From positions 126,502,912 to 126,540,830 of the forward strand of contig NC_068983.1 of assembly GCF_001194135.2 (NCBI RefSeq): 37,919 bases of DNA, read 5' to 3'. The number at the start of each line of letters is the position of its first letter. Position 1 is the stretch's first letter. Made by a program: the position numbers and the translations under genes. Below are positions 11,880 through 22,384 of this stretch, piece after piece. The notes under the pieces were generated by a model. The model saw only the letters and a program-made list of their open reading frames with translations, did no database searches and was not told where the DNA came from. Source of the DNA: Octopus bimaculoides (lineage: Eukaryota).

Positions 11880-12560
11880 TACTTGTTTTAAGCCTCTTAA
11901 GCTCCGTGAATTGATCGGTATACATAAGCACTTAAATCGCCGAAAGAAACATTGTGTAGTGCTACTGTAGGTGCGAATGCAGCCGTATAGTGCAATGAAT
12001 ATGTCTTGAATGCACAATTGGATCATGTCCAGTGCAATGGAACTAAAAATGAAAAGGCCTCCTCTCACCGAAATACACAATTGCAATTGTGTGTTTTCCC
12101 AAGCAATGTGAAGATCAATTACCAAAGATATTATGTATGGCGTTTGTAGGTCATGGAGTTAGTAGCGTTCTTAATCGCCAAATAAAAGGTATATTTATCC
12201 ACGAAGTGTGGAGCTTGGTACGCATTCACAATGTTTGCTATTATCGCATATATAATCACAAATTTGTTCCATTCCTGAAGTGGAGGACAAGATGGTTAAT
12301 AAATTCAATGGAGACAATAAGATAACTAGGGACCAGAACGGCCTCCTGCAAGGTTTTCAATTGAAAGAACTTGAGGTCGATGCTGTACATTAAGGTACCT
12401 TAATGAATTCCGAATTTGGCCTTGTCAGTATTGAATTACAAGGTGAGCCTCGACTGGATTGTGAGAGTGCTATAGCTCTTGCAGGCATTATAGGCTTTGT
12501 GCTTGCCTGAAGAGGTACAACGCAGCTATTAGTGACAAAGATGGGAGGAATTCAGTCGTT
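11880..12560 (-). mobile_element. Highly degenerate CR1/L2-like LINE reverse transcriptase fragment
   Basis: Minus-strand pieces: TLQEAVLVP (~GVPQGSVLGP), FINHL (~FINDL), a frameshifted tatgc-gataatagcaaa (~YADDSK), LVIDLHIAW (~LGV.ID..L.W) and HSHLQ*H (~RPHLEY), in the expected order. Confidence 0.5.
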
Positions 12561-13951
12561 GAATTTTACTGCAAGTTACAGTACACATTTATAATGATAA
12601 AATTACTGAGCCTTACGTAGAACTGACGTACATGTCTCGCTCAGACGTCTAAAACAAATTGTTTTACTCATTATGATATCATTATCCGTCGCTTTGAGAA
12701 TACATTGCATTTGTGAGTGGAGAGGGTTTTCGTCATTAGCCTGTGATTGTCTCACACCCAGAAACCTGAGGTACTTGAGGATTAGGTAAAACTAGAGATG
12801 AGAGCGATATCCCCCGTTGTTAATTGCTACACGGACACAAAGTGCGTGTTGATAACCAGCTAGAAAAGATGTTTTCCTGGGGGTAAATCAACAGTAATAT
12901 CGTCCTTTATAGGACTGCCTCATTCTGTTGGCATATAAGCATTACTTTTCGATGGTGTTACTCTATATCTCTCGCTCAGAGATTTAAAACAAATATACAT
13001 ACATATATATGTATATATACATATATATATATATTATTTTCTTTATATATAAGTATTCCATATCTATCAATTTATGCACAATTGCGCGCACAAGCTCACA
13101 GTCAGACAGAAAGACAAACAGACACACACACACACAAACGCCTGAAAGATTTGTGTAATACAATATAATAAAGTTTAAAGTTTGGTTATATATATTATTT
13201 TGTAGTTACGTATTCAACAAAGAAGCAATTAAATCAGACTTGGAAACTAAAGTAAAAAAAAAAATATCCGTGCATAAGTGGCTTCAAGTGGCTGCAGACA
13301 AAAATGAATTAATAATTATAAACAATAGCAGAATCGAAAAGAGAATGTGAAAAAAAGTGTAACATTTGCAGAATATAATAGACTACGTCAAGAAATAGGT
13401 ATTGCAATTGATTGAAATAAATATTAGAAAATTGGAAGAAAAATGTGGAGTTAAGTTGAAGTCAAAACAAAAAATAATATAATGCAAAGAAATAAAAAAC
13501 GAAACGAAGTTGAAAATATATAGAGAAAAAGAGAATAGAAATGAAAGAATAGAAACACGTAGAGAACGGCGGATTAAATATAAATGTGGTAAGATATAGG
13601 AAAGGCTGAAGAACCCGCTAAACGCTATATATATTTTAAAATATAATGTCATGAAAAATCCAATGATACGGGGGAATCGTGGAGAGGGGTACGAAAGCTC
13701 GTTGGCTCAGTGAGAACGACAAAATGGATGGCAAGAAATAAATGAAATGCTAAACGCAACAGGAAATTGAAAAGGGCAATATAAACTAAGTACTAAGAAA
13801 GAGACAGTAAAACGTATAGGAAAAAATACGATATAAATACATATACATATGAAATATATAAACGATTGAATATTCATTAAACGCAAACATAGTTACATAT
13901 CACATATGTATGTATATATGCATACGTACACACGCACTCTCTCTGAGAATA

Positions 13952-13954
<3 letters not shown>

Positions 13955-13982
<28 letters not shown>
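13955..13982. repeat. (GT)n microsatellite
   Basis: Direct reading. Confidence 0.95.
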
Positions 13983-13986
<4 letters not shown>

Positions 13987-14069
13987 TTAAGCACATATAT
14001 GCTGATAGGAACACATAAACAGTAAGTGATACATATACCCACATTTATAAAGCATAAAATTAAGGCTTA

Positions 14070-14147
14070 TATTAATAAGTCTATGTCGGATCCCATATAT
14101 ATATATATATATATATATATATGGGATCCTACATAGACTTATTAATA
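14070..14147. repeat. Near-perfect 78-bp palindrome centred on (AT)14
   Basis: Arms tattaataagtctatgtcggatccc (14070-14094) and gggatcctacatagacttattaata (14123-14147) match at 24/25. Confidence 0.95.
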
Positions 14148-15270
14148 AATCAGAGGGAACGAGACGTCGGACGTCTCCATGCCGGTCAAACGTCCATGGT
14201 TCTTTGCTAATGACTTGAACTGCAGTATTCGGATATTTGATTTGCTAAGAGAATGGATGATTGTCCACTCATGGCTGATCGAGGATTACAACGGCATGTC
14301 AAGATAGCCAACTATAGCTACAACTACAGCAATTGCAGGACCAATTCCGGTGGGCAACAGAATCAGTTAGGCAGATCATAGCGACTCATCACAGACCAAT
14401 TTGTGCTGAGACAATTTGCTGCTGGCTGAGAACTTTCAATATGTCTTGTCGACGACCGTATATGGGCCCCATGCCAACAGATCGTCATTGACGGGGTACG
14501 TCTGCAGTGGGCTCAAAAACATCAGAACTGGCGATATCAGTAGTGGAGAGCTCTTGTTTTCTCTGACGAAAGTCGATATTACATTCCTTTAGCAGATGGT
14601 AGAGCTAGGGTTTGGAGAGGAAAGAGTGAACATCATCCCGATGGCTGTATTATGGAGAGAGATTCATGGGGAGGACAAGAGCATCGTTATTGGGGGCGGA
14701 ATTGCACTCAGCCAGAAACATGTACCGGTAGGCTTCCAAAACATCGGCCAAAGAGTAACAGCTGCTCGGTACATCGACCAACTTTTGAGGGCTCACACTG
14801 TGTCATACTTTGCTCGTCATCGGAATCACGTGTTCCAACACGGTAGCGCCCGTGCCCATACTGCCAGTTTGACAACAGTCTTCCTCCAACTGCATAACAA
14901 CTAGACACTGCTATGGTTTGCCCTAAGTCCGGACTTGAACCCCATAGAGCATCTGTGGGGCGAAATCCAAAGAAGGCTAAATTATATTCTTCCAAGGCCG
15001 CAGTACAACTCACTGCAAGTGTGAATGCTGCTACGCCCATGGCCTTCATCTATCGGTTGGTGCATTCAATATACAGAAGACAATCAACACTAAAGGTGGT
15101 CACACGAGATATTGAGTTCACCTTTTGGATCCAGGACATCCCTTCTTCACGTGACGCCGTGCGACATCAAGCATATTTCAGAAAACGACATTCTATTAGG
15201 AAAGAATGGTTTCTTAATTATCACTCTTCAATCAATGCTATAGTAGTCTGTTAATAAACCGGTTCCTTTT
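14130..15270 (+). mobile_element. Degenerate Tc1-like DD34E transposon
   Basis: Reads NQRERDVGRLHAGQ..., WRALVFSDESR (D at 14565), VFQHGSARAH (second D mutated to G, 14842) and SPDLNPIEHLW (E at 14947, 35 codons after D2 = D34E). Many stops and frameshifts; no 5' TIR found. Confidence 0.9.
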
Positions 15271-15345
15271 TAGTATGTGTGCAATGTTTCTCTTGTGATT
15301 CAGTTTGTATGTGTGCGTGTGTGTATGTGTGCATGTGTTTGTGTG

Positions 15346-15450
15346 TGTAGCTGTGTGGTAAAAAGCTTGCTTCACAACCACATGGTTCTGGGTTCAATCC
15401 TAATGTGTGTAGCAACTTGGGTTTGTGTCTTGTTCTCTAGCTTCGTACCG
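15346..15450 (+). mobile_element. tRNA-derived SINE fragment (octopus-type), homolog of 32296-32460
   Basis: gctgtgtggtaaaaagcttgcttcacaaccacatggttctgggttcaatcc, with A-box-like and B-box (GGTTCAATCC) motifs; aligns with the 32296 copy. Confidence 0.75.
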
Positions 15451-16341
15451 CGCCGTTTGTTTAAATATCGCTCCACGTATTTCTGTCGTAAAGTAATTAA
15501 CTTATTATTCTATATCAAATGGCAGTATCGTTGTCTTAAATGACATACATAATACCATTTGTGACCACAAACAATACTTTTTGGTTCGTATACTGCTGAC
15601 ATGTCGTACAGAGATTTTTAAACGGATTATTTTCCTTGTCACAAAATCAGTGAGTGTATGACACTATTCTATACATAACGTAAGCGAAGTTAAATAGCTG
15701 CCATGCCTACCAAACGAGTACCCACCACCGAGGAGATCCAATGCAAATAGAAACCACGCGGTCAGTTGCTCTCAGAGCTACAAGGGTAGGAGTTGTGCCA
15801 GGCTTGTAATAAATATCGAGTGCGAGAAGCGCACTGAATAAACCTGCTGGAGATGTCTTCCTCGGTTTAAAAGCTGTATCGTCATCTCTTAGAATATAGA
15901 GGACAGCCACATTAAAGCGGTCATGAACAAACATTCTATATTTATTATGTTTAACTATTCTACATTGTTATATTTGTGGGTGTAAATAAGTTCACATGTA
16001 TGTGCGTATAGGCATGTATACACACACACATGCACACATATTGGTGTGGTGGGTTTATGTGTGCGTATTTATGTATATATGCATACACATGTACATTTGT
16101 ACGTATTTTTTTGTGTTAAAGTATTATTATGTATAGCTTTATGTGTATATTTATTTCTACTTATTTTTTTGGCTCATACCTTTTACTGTATCTTCGTCTT
16201 TTTACAGGGTTTATATTACCCTTGTTAATTTCCCGTTGCTGATACTTTTTCTCACCCTCTGTTAAGTCGATATCTTCTAGCCATCAACCTTTGATCTTCG
16301 TTCTACCATTCCACCGTAATCTTCAAAATATGACAACATCG

Positions 16342-16346
<5 letters not shown>

Positions 16347-16424
<78 letters not shown>

Positions 16425-16440
16425 ACAAACACACACACAT
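16347..16440. repeat. (CA)n microsatellite
   Basis: Direct reading. Confidence 0.95.
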
Positions 16441-18018
16441 ATACATGTATACATATATGTGGATGTGTGTGCGTGTCTGTATTAGATCATCTCTTCAGCC
16501 CTCTGCATCGAGTATTTTTTTTTTATAATTATTCCTTCTTTGTTTCTTTCTCCTCCTCTCTCTCCCACTCAATTTCTCTCCCCACAGTCGTTTTAATTTC
16601 CTGTTTTAAGTTTGAACTTTTTTATTAGTGTAATTTTATACATTTAGTTTATTTAATACCATCTATAGCCTTTAATCTTTAATTTAAACCTCACTTTTAA
16701 CCCTCTTTTGACTTCTATTATATTTCTTTTAATAATTTGCAATATCCATTATATTCTCTATTTTCAAATCTTTTTTTCACACAAAGATTTTCGATTCTAT
16801 TATTGTTTATACTTATTTCTCCGTTACAATCTCCCCCACTTGCATCCCTTTACGCGCCGTTATTTTCTCAAATTAGTTTCCCGATTAGATTTAAATGTGA
16901 GCCGGGACGTAGTATGCTGCAACTCTAAGTCAATCAGGGAGATAACAATAAATCTGAAGCAAATATAATGATTATACTAACATTATGTCTGTTGAAAAGA
17001 AGACACATGTCAAAATATGAGGGAGGTAAATTAAATCCTGCTGGTGAACACAAGGCAAAAGACGAGACACCCTTAAGTATGACTAAACTTAGCGGCATAA
17101 AAGTACAGTTGTGAAGGAGGAATTATTATTGGGAAGATTACATTAGAAAGGGAGGCAATTTTTGTACAGCCAAAACGTAAATATTTATAGGAATGAGATA
17201 ACGCTTCCTAATGTTTAAGGTGACACATGGTGATTACGTCAGAGTAACGTAAGAGCCGAATTACTTCTACTGTAATGTACTGTGGTATTTAGGTCGACAC
17301 AAGTTTAAAATTTGCCTTTTTCCCGTTTACAGAATTCCTCTACAAATTATGGAGCAGAAAAGTTTATAGAGGATTCTGTCAGCTTTGCGTTGGTAGATAT
17401 GGGTGGCAAAAATTATAGACGGATTTCTAGTAATATTTGAAAACAAGCGCAACTGTGCAAGGCAAAGGCGCTTAAAGTCGATCGCGTCAGGAATGTAAAT
17501 TCTGGCGACGTTTCTCCGTGTTGTGGTAACGTTAAATTTATAAATAACATTGCATTATGGACGATGCACCCTCCAAGCACGATAAGTGCACATTCAATGA
17601 CTTTGCATGTATATATTATCACGGTTTATGGACTGTATATTGTGAAGTGCATTATCATCATTAATCTTTACTTCTTTATTAGTCCTATGAGCTGAATCAA
17701 AAGCATTTCCTTCATGCTATTTGAATGAAGGTAGTTCCCATAGAACAACATACATCATAATCATTGTTATCACTTATACAGATGCCCAAGTTATAGATAT
17801 TGTTAAGTCAGTTGTAGGTTTTTGCATCATTATGTTCGAGTCTTCAAGAATATAGTATATGATATATTATGATAGATATTATGTAGAGAAATAACACATC
17901 ACAATACTATTATATTGACAACTTCTTGATTATTTCCAAACATACCCGCAGAAAAGCTAAACACCATGGGGTTTACGGTTGATTCACGTTATATGTTATA
18001 TATTTCGTTTCAATTTTC

Positions 18019-18628
18019 GGATCTATTTTAAAACGGGGGCCACATTTTTCATTAATGTTTTATGTAGTGTTTTTGGTACGGAAAGACTTTCAAACTTCGT
18101 ATACTTATCTATTTTGTGTTATAGAACAGAAAAATATTTTTGTATTCGAATTTATTTCATGTAAACAATTGTCTTACTTCGATAATTTCAACCAATCACT
18201 GACAAGTATTCAGTTGTTTATATTTACTCCTTTGGCTGATTAAGCGATGCAAAGCGTATTTAATCTCCGTACCTTCGTTTTCTTTGCTTTTTTCATTTTA
18301 AATTTGCTTTAACCCTAACCCTAACCCTAACCCTAACCCTAACCCTAACCCTAACCCTAACCCTAACCCTAACCCTAGGGTTAGGGTTAGGGTTAGGGTT
18401 AGGGTTAATTGTTTCAGAATCGTTTGTTTATGTAGTCGGCACTTAATGTATATCGGCTGAATGGACGTCAGTGATTGGTTGAAATTACAGAAATACGACA
18501 ACTTATGGATTTTTTTTTTTTAAGAAGACTAAGAGAAAAAGATGTGTTATATGACACATTCTACCAGTGTTGCAAGTTTCAAAGTGTTTCGTTAATGAAA
18601 AATGTGGCCCCCGTTTTAAAAAAGATCC
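18019..18628. mobile_element. Non-autonomous TIR element (MITE) with 8-bp TSD and central telomeric-repeat palindrome; Merlin- or MULE-like by termini
   Basis: TIRs 18019-18055 and 18592-18628 match at 36/37 (ggatct.ttttaaaacgggggccacatttttcattaa). TSD caattttc at 18011-18018 and 18629-18636. Inner inverted repeat at ~18170-18220 / 18451-18500. Confidence 0.92.
18310..18408. repeat. Interstitial telomeric repeats, (TAACCC)11 followed by ~5 TTAGGG units, inverted
   Basis: Direct reading; the palindrome axis is ccct|aggg at 18376/18377. Confidence 0.97.
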
Positions 18629-19214
18629 CAATTTTCTGCCAATTGTTTACGAAGAATAATTTCTTCAACATACATTACATGCCTACATGGGTTTGAGGGT
18701 TAACTGAAATCACCACATTCGTGAGAATACTTTATCAATAGTATCGCCAAACGGAACAACTTGCTGTGATAATACTTTGGTCATATGAAAGTAGCGGATG
18801 ACCAATTGGGTTTAAATCTTATGTTAAAGTGCTGCAGAGAGAACTGACGATCTTATTTTATATTGTCAATCTGCAAACAGTAGTTTTATAAATATTTACA
18901 ACCGATTTAAATAAGGCGTCTTTCGAGCAATCTCTCCAGTGTATAAGAATACATTGATAAAATAAAAGTTAGAGAAGTCATCAAGAAAAGCATTAATGAA
19001 CTCTTGCAATAATTTGGAGTGTCATGGAAAATTGATACTTTAAACACATATTTTAATTATTTATTCCTTAGACTGCAGCCATGCTGGAGCTTCATACATG
19101 CTAATTATTTGCATACGTAAAAAATGAGAAAAAGAAAATCTACACAAATTGCTATCTTTTTAGATCCATAATTAAAGTGAACTCATGGAAATATATGTTA
19201 TTTCAATATATATA

Positions 19215-19410
19215 ATAGTTTCTTAAGTTTGGCATAATAGCAGAAATCTTGAGAAGATGGGATTAGAAGATACCATTGTACATTAATTAATCAAACCTTG
19301 AGGGAAGAATTGCAATGTTGACATGATTGAAACTCAGTACTGAAGGAGCCGGAATAAATACGCAATATGTATTGTCTGACATCCTGTCGATTTCGTCAGG
19401 TTTCAGCTTA
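19215..19410 (-). mobile_element. Old degenerate octopus-type SINE
   Basis: tttggcataatagcagaaatcttgagaagatggg ... tgaaactcagtactgaaggagccggaataaatac... follows the same layout as the 27905-28106 copy but is heavily mutated. Confidence 0.5.
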
Positions 19411-19670
19411 ATATCTGTTTATTTATTAGAATTATATGCTGACTATGAGATGTAATATGAATTTCATAAAATTATAGATAATTTCATAAAATTATAAAAT
19501 AAAAAAATAAGGATAAGTTAAAAATAAACTAAAGACATTTAAATATTAAAACATATTACAAATATTAACACTTTAATACCATCTATGCATGTAAGTTGAT
19601 TAATGAATTTTAACCACATTAAACACAATGACTCGTGGAAATTATAAAGTCAGTATGAACACGCTGTGTA

Positions 19671-19897
19671 CAGTGGTGGACTGGGTCTAAAAGTATTGGT
19701 TGCCAGGAGACTAAAGGGGCCCACCCGAAACTACAAGGAAACCCACCCGCAACTTCAAGGAGGCCCACTCGCAACTTCAATGCTACCATTTAATTTTTTT
19801 GTTAAATGTATTCTTTCCTTAGATACTAATACGGGCCCCCCATATATGGATTCTAATGGCTATCGGGCAAGTTGCAAAGCTGGTCAGTCCGCCACAG
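19671..19897. mobile_element. hAT-type MITE with three internal 22-bp tandem repeats
   Basis: Ends cagtggtggactgg ... tcagtccgccacag (imperfect TIR). Units cccacccg(a/c)aact(a/t)caagga start at 19720, 19742 and 19764. No clear TSD. Confidence 0.7.
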
Positions 19898-20047
19898 CTT
19901 CTGCATGTATATGCATGCGTGTGTGTATGTGTGTGTATGTATATATATGTATATATATATATATACATACATACATATATATTTATGTAGATATATGCAT
20001 ACACACACAGACACGAACACATAAACATATATATATATATATATATA

Positions 20048-20593
20048 NNNNNNNNNNNNNNNNNNNNNNNNNNNNNNNNNNNNNNNNNNNNNNNNNNNNN
20101 NNNNNNNNNNNNNNNNNNNNNNNNNNNNNNNNNNNNNNNNNNNNNNNNNNNNNNNNNNNNNNNNNNNNNNNNNNNNNNNNNNNNNNNNNNNNNNNNNNNN
20201 NNNNNNNNNNNNNNNNNNNNNNNNNNNNNNNNNNNNNNNNNNNNNNNNNNNNNNNNNNNNNNNNNNNNNNNNNNNNNNNNNNNNNNNNNNNNNNNNNNNN
20301 NNNNNNNNNNNNNNNNNNNNNNNNNNNNNNNNNNNNNNNNNNNNNNNNNNNNNNNNNNNNNNNNNNNNNNNNNNNNNNNNNNNNNNNNNNNNNNNNNNNN
20401 NNNNNNNNNNNNNNNNNNNNNNNNNNNNNNNNNNNNNNNNNNNNNNNNNNNNNNNNNNNNNNNNNNNNNNNNNNNNNNNNNNNNNNNNNNNNNNNNNNNN
20501 NNNNNNNNNNNNNNNNNNNNNNNNNNNNNNNNNNNNNNNNNNNNNNNNNNNNNNNNNNNNNNNNNNNNNNNNNNNNNNNNNNNNNNNNNNNNN
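20048..20593. other. Assembly gap (N run)
   Basis: N run preceded by (TA)n. Confidence 1.
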
Positions 20594-21098
20594 TCTTAGA
20601 CTTCAAGTTTATATCGTATTTATATTTAACATATTCTTTCTGATTTTTGTTACGTTCTGCATAAAATAAATATTGAAATTACAAGAATAGAATATTTGTG
20701 CTGTAATATTTTCAGTTACACACTATACGCAATTGCAAGTCTTATTGAAACGATGTGTTGATTGAATTTTATCAGTTCAGAAGTAGGAAACATATTTCAG
20801 GATTTAATTGATATCTTGCATCATACGTACGCCGTTTATCATTACTCTATACAGGATAGATCCATATACGGATCTTAATTTAACATGTGATTTATCTACA
20901 TACATATAAAATATTGTCTCTGTAACGTATTTGTGCATTAACCACTATGCAAGAGCAAAGATTTATTACAATATATAGTTGTATGTTGAGTTTCAAAGTT
21001 TATCAAGTGGATGTAAGAATATGAGATGAAAGCAGCAACACGAAAACATGTGATTTGCGGATTGATATTGGTTTTCTTGTTTTGTTACAAATCCTTAC

Positions 21099-21141
21099 CA
21101 TATTGTGATTGGCTGCTTCAGGAAATTTTTTACATGTTCAA
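21099..21141 (-). CDS. Candidate 43-nt internal exon (unverified)
   Basis: Minus strand: gtatttttgtgcgtttgtag|TTGAACATG...ACAATATG|gtaagg. The only open frame reads xEHVKNFLKQPITI. Confidence 0.22.
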
Positions 21142-22384
21142 CTACAAACGCACAAAAATACACGATAAGTATATTTGTAATATAAAAATACAATCATTTA
21201 GAATTAACATTCAATATACGATTCCTGCCCTACGATCTGGACTGCAATATTTTGATAAAGCAAAAATATAGGCTAAAATAAATGCGAAAGTTAATAATAT
21301 GGCTAGCAAACTTAACAATGGTTAATTTCTTGAACTACACCTGTAGACAAAGTATATTTTGTTTTCTCTCTTCTTTCTTACGAGCGCATTTATATGCTGA
21401 ATTTTCTAAATCGCAGAATTTGATACGTAACGAAATATTCGGGCATTTCAGGATAAATGTGTACCACTTCGTATTGGCTATTACATGTCATTCTCATTTC
21501 TTCATCAGTAAATGTCACTAAAATCAATTATGTAAGCAATTATGTTATTGATTGCGAACGAAGAACCACGTATGCTCTGTGATAATTTATTCAAGTGATA
21601 ATAATTCAAATATTATAAACTATTTTGCTCTTTTTTCTCGCACCGTATATATGACGTTCAAAGAAAGTAAAAACTATATCCTGTGCGCGAATTAGAAGCA
21701 ATATCAATTTGTGGAGACTGTATTAAATTCTATCACATCACTTTTCTCCATAAATACGTATTCAGTGATTTTTTTGCAGACTCAAATATTATATCAAATC
21801 ATACATTCTTAGTTGATATATCGGTTGCCTAAATAACACATTATTTCATGCAATTATAAATTGTATGCTGATTCCAAATATTAATGGGGACTAATCTGAT
21901 ATCGGATGCGTGGAATCTACATTTTGCTATCTGTCAGGGTATTTTCATTTTTATTCGGGAATATAGAATTTCCAGTTTCAGAAAATAATATAGATTATGT
22001 AGTTTCAACAATTAAGATCAATTACGAGAAGCATATCGTAATTGATCTTAAATTTTCGTTTACTTTTTGTATATACTAATATTTCTAATATCAGTTTGTC
22101 AAAAACACTTTTGTTGTGCAAAACCTAGACAAAGAGATAAAACAAAATGTGAAATATTCTGAGGATATTTTGAAGCGCAATGGGTATTTCACATTTAGCT
22201 GTAGGTAGGATGTTTTAAATAATTAAGTTGCTCAAAAACCAATGAAGGTCTAACTTTGGCAAGCAAACTAAATAGGGTAAATTCAAAGAGAAATTTTCGT
22301 ATCATATTGGCTTTTCTGTTATGCTCATGAACCTAATTTTTTATTAAGTAAGCAGTTTGTGACATTTATAAGTCCAACATTTTT

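Noticed and set aside
17946-17956. 11-nt minus-strand microexon that would bridge the 21099 and 6405 candidates
   Set aside because: Found only by searching for a phase-compatible link. It shows how easily such chains arise by chance.
18310-18408. Ancestral telomere-telomere fusion site
   Set aside because: A fusion gives (TTAGGG)n then (CCCTAA)n. Here the order is reversed and the repeats sit inside a TSD-flanked TIR element.
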